A stretch of 63,411 nucleotides of DNA, counting the filler, from Folioceros fuciformis (lineage: Eukaryota): the NCBI GenBank assembly GCA_049999805.1. It is 7 parts of 7 records of this genome, joined end to end, with 100 filler letters (N's around TTAATTAATTAA, not from the genome) between each part and the next. Parts side by side here need not be neighbours in the genome. Positions count along the whole stretch, not along the records: positions 1 to 30,548 come from JBNGIO010006406.1; 6 more parts are not named here. One strand, given 5' to 3'. Each line of letters opens with the position of its first letter. Position 1 is the stretch's first letter. This document shows, piece by piece, positions 1 through 10,473 of this stretch. The position numbers and the translations under genes were made by a program. The notes below the pieces were generated by a model that was given only the letters and a program-made list of their open reading frames with translations, did not search any database and was not told the origin of the DNA.

Positions 1-95
1 ACGTATGACGGGGGAGCGTGTGGTTGTTGTATCTAGGTGGTGGAGGAAGGGGTGCGGGGAGGAGGTGTGGACGCAGGGGAGCTTGATATGGTAGG

Positions 96-2655
96 ATGAG
101 TGGGCATGATACGGCGCTGGTAGGCAGCTTCATGCGCCGCTCTGCTAGTGCTGCCTCAGGTTCTGGATTGGCGTCGGCTGCGGTGCAGCCCATTTCTCCG
201 CCCTCGCGCCGGATGGAAACTGTGTCCAAGCTGCAGGCCCGCGGCATATCGCCGTTCCCGGCTGTCCATAAGTCGCAGCTGCCGCCCAGGGCGGTTTACC
301 CGGGGCATCAGGCCGCGGGGTGGCGGGGATCGTGCCATGGAAATGTATGGCTTGTGTTTGCAGTCCTGGCCTTCTTTTCTGTCTCGCTCTATGCCTTCTC
401 AATGACAAGAGGTGTGCAGTATTCCGCCCATTTTCGGCGCTTTAGTAACCGGGGTTATGGGATAGTAATCGATGCAGGTAGCAGTGGATCAAGATTACAT
501 GTCTTCCAGTACGTTGAAGAGGGCCAGCTCCCTCGTGTAGATCCCCGGTATTCGATCTCCAAGAAGGTGACTCCTGGGTTGTCCTCGTTCAGAGATAAGC
601 CTGAGGAGGCTGGTCAGTCGCTCATTGACCTTATGGACTTTTCTAAGGGAACAGTACCTGCAAAAGAAAGGCCTGCAACTAGAATTTATCTTATGGCCAC
701 TGCTGGGTTGAGACTGCTGGACAAGGAGACGCAGGACAAGATTTTGGAATCCTGTAGAGCTGTTCTCAGGAGGTCAGGATTTCTCTTCAGGGATGAATGG
801 GCCTCTGTCATTTCAGGTCATATAGCCTGCCTCTTCGTTTTGCAACTCTTTCTGCTCCACTACGCTGTGGCGTGAATTGCTCCTGCATTGGAGTTTTCGG
901 AGGATGGTATGGTCGGGGCGTGCAGACATGGAACACTGACACAATTACCTTTGCATTCTCGAAACAGGCACCGATGAAGGGATTTATGCTTGGGTTTCCG
1001 CCAATTATGTGCTGGGCACCTTAGGACGTGATCCGCATGAAACTGTCGGTATTGTTGAATTGGGAGGCGCGTCAGCTCAGGTATGTAGCAGCCTTTTGTA
1101 TGAATTTTGTTTCCTGGCGCGTAGAAGTTTATCTTGACCAATACGCTTTGGCTTTGGCTTTGCAGGTAACATTTGTCCCTGAGACGCCCCCTCCACCACA
1201 GTATTTGCAAATCCTGGAGCTTGGTGGGGTCACCTACACTTTATACACTTACAGCTTCTTGGGCTTGGGACAGGTTACTTTAACCTTAGTTCTTGACCAT
1301 CCCAATTTGTATACATTTTCTTCTAGACCATATCTCTGAGTTGTATCCCTCGCGTTTGTGGCATTTCAGGAAGCAGCATGGACAGCTCTCTTGAAACTTC
1401 TGTATTCCGGTGCTGTCAGGGCAGGTAAGTGCTTGTTTTGCATAGCAGGTGACTTGTTGGTGTGTCGCATGCCATGACCTCTTCCATTGCTCAGCCTATT
1501 GTCTGTGTTCGCTCTGCAGGTCTGTCTCCTCCGGAGGATAACGTTGTTGTAGATCCCTGCACTCCTAAGGGCTATGTTCGGACTCTGGATGACGTGATCT
1601 TACCCTCTGTGCTACCTGGCGCGGGTGAGGATAAGCGGCCAGTTTCAAGCATCCTCTCAGCTGGGAACTTCACAGAATGCCGGAAAGCCGCTCTCTCCCT
1701 CCTTCAGAGAGGCAGAGGTGTGTGAGTATTGCATAGCACAGGCAACAAATATGTTTCAGTTGGAACCGTTGTTGCTGTTGTTGTTGCTGTTGCAGATGAA
1801 ATGTCCTTCTCTCATGAATGCTAGTTCGCAGATGACTGTCTATACCATCGGTGTGCCATCGGAACGGAATTCATTCCCACCCTTCGAGGAAAATTTTTTG
1901 GTACCGAGAATTTCTTCTACACCTCCCAAGTATGTCTCTTCACCCCAATCTGGTTTCTTTCTATGATGGAGGCAGTCAGAGAGGCACTTGTCTGTGCGTC
2001 TGCGGTTGGCAGATGGTTGCTGGCTCCGAGTACTGAAACTACTCGTGTTCGACTCATGGAATCAGTTTTTCGGGTTGCCATCCAATGCAACTTTGACGGA
2101 AATCGAGGCAGCCGGAGTGCACTACTGTGAGAAGGACTGGAGTGCCCTACAGCTACAGCACAACCAGATTCTAGAAGAAGACCTGCTGAAGTACTGCTTC
2201 TCCACATCTTACATTGTGGCGCTATTGCATGATGGCCTTGGTGTTGCTATGCAAGATGAAAGGTCTGCTCTTCTGTCCCCAGCTATGGCTATCCAGGACT
2301 GCATTTTGTGTTATTATTCTTCTCAGTGGATGATGCCTCAGAGACGTAGCTCTCAAACCTTTGTTCTTGTCCTTTGCTCTTCGCCAGAATGAAGTTCACA
2401 AACCAGGTTGGCAAAGTTGCCCTGGACTGGGCACTCGGTGCCTTCATTGTGCGAATGGGGGAAGACGGCCTCCAGCAACCGCCGGTTGGCCTGTTTGGAG
2501 ACGAGGTGGTTACCGTCCTTTCATTAATGGGCTTTGTTTGCATACTTGCATTTGTGCTATGGTTTGTCATGCGCTGGCGAAGGCCACACTTGAAAACCAT
2601 TTATGATTTGGAAAAGGGGCGGTACATTACCACAGCAACTCGGTTACATAGATGA
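96..2655 (+). CDS. APY6: Apyrase (GDA1/CD39 nucleoside phosphatase), APY6-like, 8 exons: 96-816, 968-1080, 1166-1273, 1370-1424, 1520-1717, 1832-1929, 2066-2262, 2388-2655
   Basis: GT-AG splicing joins all five apyrase conserved regions: IVIDAGSSGSRLHVF, LMATAGLRLL, ISGTDEGIYAWVSANY, IVELGGASAQ, LDWALGAF. N- and C-terminal hydrophobic helices are present, and the LKTIYDLEKGRYI tail is typical of the plant APY6 clade. Confidence 0.93.
1767..1792. repeat. (GTT/GCT)n microsatellite in apyrase intron 5
   Basis: gttgttgctgttgttgttgctgttg read directly from the sequence. Confidence 0.7.
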
Positions 2656-3243
2656 TGACGTTTTGCTTAGGTCTCAATTCAATGGGCAGTTTCACATTTT
2701 TGGGTTATCTCTGGTGACTTCGGGACTGATCCCCGTCCCATCCACGTTTGCCTACTACTCCTCCATTACTTTCTGATGCTATAACTTGAGCCATGGTTTC
2801 ATGCAGTTGCGGGCGCCAGGCTTCTGCCCAGTTGGACGTACTCACCTTTCCCCTGTATTCTTAATTTCCTGCTCTGGATCCACCTGCGACTCGTTCGATG
2901 GGGAGTGAAATCCGAAGTTCGTTCGGAGGCTCCTTTGTCTTATGCTTGGAGCGGCTGTATTATACTAGAGACCCATAGTGTGTCAGATTGGCTAGGTCGA
3001 GGAAGACGTACTGTATTATGCCGTGAGAAATGATTCCTTGAAGGAATGACTCATTACAAAATGTACCGTGACCGGTGTTCGCCCTACCAGTCTGGAGACA
3101 CCGACGAATTGTCTAGGCTGAAAATACGTTATACTACCGGTTTCGCCATTTGTAGTTTCGCCGGAACCCTTTTCAGGGTTCTGCAACAAAGTCTGGGGTG
3201 CGCGAGCGAGGCTCGGAATGCTGCGGCGGAGATCCGTGTTGCT

Positions 3244-4119
3244 ATGGCGACGTCTGCAGCGAGGCACACTGGGCTCAAGCTTCTGAAGTACCAGGCGGAT
3301 CTTCCAGCCTCCTTCCTGGCCATTCTGTCGTCCGCATCCGGGAGATCTGTAGCTGCAGGAGCAGGAGCTGGAGCTGCGGGGCCTGCCATCCACTCGGCTG
3401 CTGGCTCGGGGATCGGCGCCGGGGCCTCCAGCTTCACGCCGCTCTTGCAGCAGCGGCAACATGCATCCACATACACGGCTTCCTCGATGTTTCCATACCA
3501 TATAGAGTGGGACTACCGGGGGCAGAGGCAAATTCTTCCCATTCAGGACTGGGTGCCGGATGTGGCTGTGAATGCGTTCGTGGCTCCCAGCGCCGTGCTG
3601 GCGGGCTTGGTGGAGATACAGGACAGGGCGTCGGTCTGGTACGGAGCTGTTCTGCGAGGCGATTTGAACAAGATTTTTCTTGGCTTCCTGTCGAATGTGG
3701 GGGACAGGTGCGTGATCCACGCCGCGGCGTCGTCGCCCACGGGTTTCTCGGCTGCCACGAGCATAGGAAGGATGTGCACAGTAGGCGGCTTCAGCACCAT
3801 CAGGTCCAGCACCATCGAAAACGAGGCTGTGGTCGGGCAGAGATGCGTGTTGATGGAAGGCTCGCTTGTTGAGAAGCATGCGTACCTGGGTGACGGTTCA
3901 GTGCTCCCTCCCGGCAGGCGGATCCCTTCTGGAGAGCTATGGGCTGGCAACCCTGCTCGATATGTCCGTGACCTGACGAACGATGAGATTTTGGCCATCC
4001 CTAAACTGGCAGAGGCAATTCACGATGTGGCTGACGACCATGCTGCTCAGTTCTTACCCTACAGTACGGCGTACATCGAAGCTGAAGAACTTAGGACCTA
4101 TGCGGAACGCATAGAGTGA
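3244..4119 (+). CDS. GAMMA CAL: Gamma carbonic anhydrase-like (CAL) subunit of mitochondrial complex I, intronless
   Basis: WDYRGQRQILP motif, hexapeptide beta-helix repeats (VFVAPSAVLAG-like NAFVAPSAVLAGLVEI, SVWYGAVLRGDLNKI, GQRCVLMEGSLVE) and a LWAGNPARYVRDL...FLPYSTAY C-terminus. Ala/Ser/Arg-rich presequence from ATG 3244; the ORF is open from 3046. Confidence 0.92.
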   Translation: MATSAARHTGLKLLKYQADLPASFLAILSSASGRSVAAGAGAGAAGPAIHSAAGSGIGAGASSFTPLLQQRQHASTYTASSMFPYHIEWDYRGQRQILPIQDWVPDVAVNAFVAPSAVLAGLVEIQDRASVWYGAVLRGDLNKIFLGFLSNVGDRCVIHAAASSPTGFSAATSIGRMCTVGGFSTIRSSTIENEAVVGQRCVLMEGSLVEKHAYLGDGSVLPPGRRIPSGELWAGNPARYVRDLTNDEILAIPKLAEAIHDVADDHAAQFLPYSTAYIEAEELRTYAERIE

Positions 4120-4544
4120 GCGACTCATTTGATTTGCAGCTTAATTTCGAGCGCAGGTGGGCTGTCGGGGATTAGCAGTACTCGGAGCATCTGTGTCCGC
4201 TCTTTTTTGAAGAGCAGCCGGTGTCGTAGGCATCATTTTAGGTTTTTTGAGACACTGTTGATGTCTACTGCCGGGGCATTGGTAGCAGCCGTGTTCTGCA
4301 GCCGAAAGGCTTCATGTTTGGCGTTGTTGCATGTCTTCGTGTTGCACCTACCCATATCCATTGCACCCGACTGCCTGATAAAGTCGTTCCGTTCTTCCAT
4401 TGCGTCTCTTGGAGACATGGAAACTCAAACACATCTACAAGTGACAAGTCCGGCCTGGATGCACACCCATCCACTGCTAGCAATGAGCTTCGGTTCGGCG
4501 TATGCTGTTACCATACAACATCCTAGACTGCACTGCTTCCTGTC

Positions 4545-5313
4545 CTAACGCTTCGAGTACTGTGGGCGCTTTCGTGCCTTGTGCAGACCGTACTTCTTCC
4601 TTTCCACAACTCGAGAGTCTCGAGTGAGGAGGCCCTGTTTCTTGAGTGGATCCCTGTTTGCCTGGTTAGCAACCAACAAAGCCCGTGCAACTCCTAGGAG
4701 AATGGCTTGTGCCTGGGCTGAGACTCCACCTCCGTGAGCCTTGACGATAACGTCATACTTGGATTCAAAGCCCAGGCTTACAAGGGGGAACTTCACAGCT
4801 TGCAGCCACACTGGGTTGCCTTGAAGATAATCCTGCCAGGGCGAGAGAGATCCCGCATTGAGAAAACGCAAGCAGCCACAGACCACACAGTCTCACGGTC
4901 ACCATGACCAGCAATACATCACAAAGAACATGCACCTGCGCAGTGCGATTGTTGATGATGATCTGCCCGGTTCCCTCAACGAGGCACACTCGGGCAACCG
5001 CGCATTTGCGCCGGCCAGTACCGAGCAAGCGCTGCGCGGCGAATCCCCCCGGCAGCGACTGCTTCACGAAAGCTGCCAACTCTTCTCTCTCTGTCGTCGT
5101 AGCTACGGCGGCAGTCGCTGCCACCTCTAGAGCACAAGCAGGAGACCTTCTGGCTCTAGACTGCAGAGGAGCGATCCTCACAGCAGGCCTCAGGCTCAGC
5201 CCGCACAGGGAGGAGGACTTGCTGGAGGAGGTGGAACATTTTTCCGTAGAGCCGAGGGAAAGGGAGGCGAATGCCAGGGTCTGCGCCGCTACAGCAGCAG
5301 CTGCCATCGCCAT
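4545..5313 (-). CDS. RPS9: Plastid 30S ribosomal protein S9 precursor, 2 exons (5313-4936, 4832-4545)
   Basis: Ser/Ala-rich transit peptide, [24 protein letters not shown] and [33 protein letters not shown] intron 4935-4833. Confidence 0.95.
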
Positions 5314-5515
5314 GGCAGCGCAGAAAAGAGACAATGTACCTGGTGGAACAGATCGGATGGGGTTGTGGGTTTAGTGGTTAACTCCCCTCCTGGTAAAGAA
5401 CGAACCAGGCTAGGGCTTTTTGTCTCATAACAAGACTCTCTGGTTTTTAGCCAAGCAATGCTGTAGAAGCCTTGCACACCAAGTTGAAGCTAGGTCGAAC
5501 GGGTACATCGCAAGT
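5314..5515. promoter_or_regulatory. Putative bidirectional promoter between RPS9 and PBA1
   Basis: The two divergent start codons are only about 200 bp apart, so promoters and 5' UTRs must share or overlap this interval. No individual motif is called. Confidence 0.55.
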
Positions 5516-7037
5516 ATGGACACCATGGCGAGCGACTGGATGAACGCCGCCCACAGCATGGGCACGACGATTATGGCAGTGCAGTACAGAGATGGCGTCG
5601 TCTTGGGAGCCGATTCCCGGACCACCACTGGTAAGCTAATTTTGCCTCGACTGCGCAGGATTTTCAATGTCCCCTCATTTCTAGGGGGGTACCTTCAATC
5701 TGTTTTTCGCAGGAGTGTACGTTGCGAACCGAGCTTCGGACAAAATTACCGAGCTTACGGACAACGTCTTCCTTTGCAGATCCGGATCGGTAAGTGCCTC
5801 ATTCATTGCGCAGCTCTTGCCTAGGACGTCAACCACCTCAGGGTATTGAGAATTTGTACGTGATTCTCTTGTGTCCCAGCCAGCTGCAGTTCTTAGCTTT
5901 GCTATGTAATTGTGTGTCGTGCAGGCGGCCGATACCCAGGTTGTCTCAGATTATGTGCGGTACTTTTTGAATCAGCATACGTACGTGGTACTTCTATTTG
6001 CAAGTCATGTTTTCTTGAGGAGGATCCTGTTTCTTGATGCTGCTTTACGGAATTTGATCCATGATAGAGCTCTCGTTGTGTCCGTTTCAGAATTCAGCTT
6101 GGTCGTCCAGCGACTGTGAAGACCGCAGCTACCCTAATCCGGCAGTTGGCTTATCAGAATAAGGTTGAGTTGTGAAACAGCAAGATATTTTCTTTTCTTC
6201 TCCGTGAGAACTGGCAGTGTATATTTCTGCTTGTCTCTTGATGGAATTCCCGCTTCCTGACAGTCCATTTTACAAGCTGGCATGATTGTTGGTGGGTGGG
6301 ACAAGTATGAAGGACCAGCGGTGTATGGCATACCTCTTGGCGGCACCTTGTTGCGCCTCCCATTTGCTACTGGCGGTATGTGTCACAGGGGAACTGAATG
6401 TCATGCAAGACACTCTTACAGGTTTTACGACATTGGGACCGTACCCTGAATATGGCAAAGCTGACTAACATCTTCTTTTGCCTTTGTTTGCTCCAGGATC
6501 TGGGTCTAGCTACCTCTATGGGTTCCTGGATCATGCGTGGAGAGAAAACCTGAGTGAGGCAGAGGCAGAGGTCTGACCGGCCTCGCCGTTGGCAGAAGAA
6601 AGTGATGTCAGGTCGCAGCATTTTTCTTTTTCCTGACATTACACAGGCGTCTGCATAACAAAATCCTTGGTTGTTCAGGACTTGGTTGTGAAGGCAGTTT
6701 CCCTTGCGATGGCCAGGGACGGTGGGAGCGGTGGTGTAGTTCGGACTGTCACTGTAAGTTTGGTTTGGGGTTCTGTTGTCCACAGCCATTTGATGTTTCT
6801 CTTACTTGGTTATGCTCCCTCAACATCCTGCTTCTGTTCTTGGTTGTCCATTGGGACACACAACTGGGTTTTACTTATGTCAGACCTCACCTCTTCTGAC
6901 CCGCTCGGTTTTACTCTGTGCAGGTGAACGAAAAAGGAGTCAAACGTACCTTCCATAGTGGGGACAAGCTTCCCCTTTGGCATGAGGAAATAGCACCGAG
7001 AGAAACACCCGTTGAGGTTGATGCCATGCACAGTTGA
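5516..7037 (+). CDS. PBA1: 20S proteasome beta1 subunit, 8 exons: 5516-5630, 5713-5789, 5925-5980, 6091-6163, 6264-6375, 6497-6570, 6679-6753, 6924-7037
   Basis: Propeptide then SMG|TTIMAV (catalytic Thr), [44 protein letters not shown] and [13 protein letters not shown]. All introns are GT-AG. Confidence 0.95.
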
Positions 7038-7480
7038 TTTTCGTTTTGTCCTCCGGCAGGTAGAAAACGCAAACCAAAGTAAGGTAACCTTTCTAGGGAC
7101 TGCTTGACCGCAGTAGATGCAGAATGCACATTAAGCGCTGTTGTCCTGTGGTATTTTTGGAACAGAAGTTTAAAGGCAAGGGCAAATTGTACGATGTAGA
7201 CGACTTGCCATGGGAGCATAGCATGGCATTTGAGCCAATTCGTGTGTGATAGCCGGATGGCAGTATTAGGCAAGTGTAGGTATGGCGCGTAGGATTGTAC
7301 TGTTAGAAACAGTCGTCGACTTGCGAGGCTCGACGAAGCGCATTTGGTGTGGCCTTACCCCCCAATTCGCGGAGAGTCTTGGAAAGTCCCTATGCTAAAA
7401 TTTGTGCCCTCGACACGGAATTTGAAGTCATTGCTCGCTCAGCGACTCACAGATTACTGAACTCTCTACCGACCGATGGG

Positions 7481-7631
7481 TGAGAGAGGAGGTAGAATGT
7501 AAAAAAGAAATGATGGGGAAAAGGCGACTGGTTGTTGGGAGATGGGGTAAAATACAAAAAACAATGATGGGGAAAAGGTGACTGATGATTGAGAGAGGAG
7601 ATAAAATACGAAAAACAATGACGGGGAAAAG
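7481..7631. repeat. Tandem repeat, about 54-bp unit, 2.8 copies
   Basis: Unit approximately tgagagaggagataaaatacaaaaaacaatgatggggaaaaggtgactgatgat starting at 7481, 7536 and 7590. Confidence 0.8.
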
Positions 7632-8009
7632 CCTTTCTCATGGATTCCGAAATTCCTTACATGTACAGTGCGAAGTTCCCATACAAAAACCCTAGAAGTT
7701 CAGAAATCCCTTCCCTCAGCTGCCAACTAAGACCTTACCAAACGAACCTGCTGGCACAAGAATTTAACGTCTCATGCCTAGTCCAATCTTAATTATACAC
7801 AGCTGGCTGAGCAAAACAGCAGCTGCCTAAAAACTGAGGCCCTCTTCCTACTGGAGTGTGCACCCCCTCGCATCAAGCGGGTAAAATCCGCTATCGCATT
7901 GCCTCAAGGTGAGAAACACTACGTGAATGTGCATGATGGCCGAACGCTTCCACACAAATCCTTCCACGAACAAAGGCCAAGCGGTTGGTCGCCCAGACAG
8001 AACATGGGC

Positions 8010-9521
8010 TCAGGGATCAAGTCGGGTGTAATCTGGCTCGGAAACGTTTAATTTCGAGAGACTGAACGACCTGGAGTAAGCTGGCCCAGAATCATAAAAC
8101 TCGAACCTCGTATACGCAGGTTTCGAGCCTGCAGAATTGTCCAAACCCTGTTGCACCGGCTGCTGAGATGAATGGTCCCGGGAACTCCTACTCCAAGTAC
8201 TGGACGACTTGGGAGTGTCCGAAGGGGATTCGTCGTCCTTGATTTCCATGGCCAAAGCTTCCGTGAGCTGTTTGACAACCTCGCTCATCGTAGGCCGATG
8301 AATAGACCGAGGCTCCACACTAAACATGGCAACTTCTGCCACCTTGAGCAACGAGTCAATACCATAATCAGACCCCAGCAAGGGATCCACAATGGCTTCC
8401 GCATTGCCATCCTGCATCAGTTTCCTTGCCCATTCGCTAATTCGCCACCTCGACTTGGACTCCTCCTCTATCACAGGCTCTCGACCAGAAATGATCTCCA
8501 ACAGCACAATCCCAAAGCTATAAACATCGCTCTTCTGGGTGAGCCGCAGCGACTGGAAGTACTCCGGGTCCAAATACCCCGACGTGCCCTTCACAATCGT
8601 GGTGACGTGGCTGGCATCAGAGTCAGCAGGAGTCAACTTGGACAGTCCGAAGTCGGCCACCTTGGCCATCATATTCTCTGCCAGCAGTATGTTGCTGCTC
8701 TTGATGTCCCTGTGAATAATCGCAGGGTTGCACTGGTGCAGATACTCCAACCCCGTGGCAGCATCCAAAGCAATGGTGAGCCTGGTCCTCCAGTCCAACC
8801 CCTGGCTGTTAATCGGTTCATGCAGCTGCTCCTGCAGCGTTCCCCCGGGGCAGTACTCGTACACCAGCATTCGCTCATTGTCCTCGTTACAGTAGCCCAC
8901 CAGAGACACCAGGTTCTCGTGGTGCACTCTGGACAGCACGTGCACCTCGTTGTAGAACTCCTGCTCACCTTGCTGTGAGTCCCCCGCCTGCACCTTCACC
9001 GCCACCTTCTGCCCCGAAGGCAACTTCCCGTAGTACACCGGCCCAAACCCTCCTTCCCCGATCTTGTGAATAAAATTACGAGTGGCCTTCCTCACCTGCG
9101 CCAACTGGAAGAGTTGCGTCTCATAATGTCGCTCCTGTGACGGCGTCCGAGAGTGCGCCCGCGACCGGGACCGCGAAAGCGGCTGCGACTGCGACTGGGA
9201 CTGGGACTGGGACTGCGATGGCGTCCGAGGCCGCACCCTCGGGGGCAAGGCCCGCGGAGCCGGCACCGCCGGCCCCGCCGCTCCCCCTCTCCCCTGCCTT
9301 GCCTCCGCAGCAATCCTGAGTGCCGCCGGAGGCGGATTGAAGGCCGCGGCCGGATTGTTATGCACAGTCACCTTCTCCGGCGCTCTGCCTTTGCCCTTGC
9401 AGCACACGACGTAGAGTGCCACGGCCAGAGCCACCACAATGAGCACCAAACCTCCCGCCACTCCCCCTATCACCAGGCCGTAGGTGCTGCTGCTAGTAGA
9501 GCTCTCGCTCGTTGTTGACAT
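8010..9521 (-). CDS. Receptor-like Ser/Thr kinase (LRR-I-like kinase domain), single TM, almost no ectodomain, no introns in this span
   Basis: TM GLVIGGVAGGLVLIVVALAVALYVVCC, then IGEGGFGPVYYG, VAVK, HRDIKSSNILL, DFGLSK, GTSGYLDPEY and KSDVYSFG. First in-frame ATG is at 9521; an upstream exon is not excluded. Confidence 0.88.
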   Translation of the reverse strand: MSTTSESSTSSSTYGLVIGGVAGGLVLIVVALAVALYVVCCKGKGRAPEKVTVHNNPAAAFNPPPAALRIAAEARQGRGGAAGPAVPAPRALPPRVRPRTPSQSQSQSQSQSQPLSRSRSRAHSRTPSQERHYETQLFQLAQVRKATRNFIHKIGEGGFGPVYYGKLPSGQKVAVKVQAGDSQQGEQEFYNEVHVLSRVHHENLVSLVGYCNEDNERMLVYEYCPGGTLQEQLHEPINSQGLDWRTRLTIALDAATGLEYLHQCNPAIIHRDIKSSNILLAENMMAKVADFGLSKLTPADSDASHVTTIVKGTSGYLDPEYFQSLRLTQKSDVYSFGIVLLEIISGREPVIEEESKSRWRISEWARKLMQDGNAEAIVDPLLGSDYGIDSLLKVAEVAMFSVEPRSIHRPTMSEVVKQLTEALAMEIKDDESPSDTPKSSSTWSRSSRDHSSQQPVQQGLDNSAGSKPAYTRFEFYDSGPAYSRSFSLSKLNVSEPDYTRLDP

Positions 9522-10473
9522 TGGCCTTGAGGTACACAGGCTCCTCAACCATGAGCCATGTGCCTAAGATCGGATCCCGCTGCCTCACATTGCCGCCCCT
9601 GCCAGTTCAATCGTGCAATCACGACTCAAACTGGATGGCTTGCGCCTCAAACGCCTCCATCGCTGCCATCAGAGCTTCCTCCTCTCCCTCCGATGCAACT
9701 TCTGCTTCTCCTTCTCCTTCTACTCCAGCTTGGCTTCCAGGGCAGCTGCATTGGCTGCTTCTTGCGATACGAATGCCAAAGGAGCCGAATAAACACAGGA
9801 GGAAGGCGGGGAGTTGGCAATGGCAGCCGAGGCGGCTGACACCTGGAGGGAGCGTGCTCCACGCCTCCTCTCCCGCCCTGGGGCTCCCTCTCTTACTACT
9901 TACCCGCCGGCAACTCGATTCAGATTCGGCTACCCAAGTCCGTGCAGTCGGCCGAAGCGGGTCACGACAAGCCAGCCCCGCCAACTCCGGTCACGAATAC
10001 TGGGACGGTTATTGCTGTACTCCCTGTCACCGGCCAACGACCAAAGATGCATTCATCAGCAACCGGGACGGAGGGCTTCAGAACTCCAGGACATGGAATG
10101 CACCTCGTGATCACAGTGGCGTCCAATGCAAATGTGCTATCTTGGGACAGGCTTCGTTAGCACAGGTAGGTTGGGCAAGCAGTAGTTGGAAGATGGGAGA
10201 TATATATAGGAAAAGGGCACGGTAACAATATTCCTTCCCCACAAGAATATAGACTATCACCTACTCAGGTAACTTCTTTTATGGACCAACCCCTGCATTC
10301 CCTGAAGCCAGCCAAATGTCGTGAACACCTGTAGAGAATCTTTCGCAGAGCCAAAATTCCGAATATCCTGAGGGGTGTTTGCCTGCTGCCGGAGATATTG
10401 AGGAGCGCGCAAAACTGCAGCTTCGACTCTGCTCTCGTTTGCTATGCTGGCAGCGAACATCAGCACTATTGGC

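Noticed and set aside
3046-3243. 66-aa N-terminal extension of gamma-CAL
   Set aside because: It does not look like a presequence; ATG 3244 has good context and starts a typical targeting peptide. Treated as 5' UTR.
7481-7631. Tandem repeats here and at 28639, 35001 and 44112 as possible CRISPR arrays
   Set aside because: No unique spacers, no cas genes, and a eukaryotic context.
9619-9984. Minus-strand ORF with hydrophobic and acidic stretches upstream of the RLK
   Set aside because: Non-ATG start, driven by GA-rich repeats, no recognisable domain, and no splice path to the kinase could be established.
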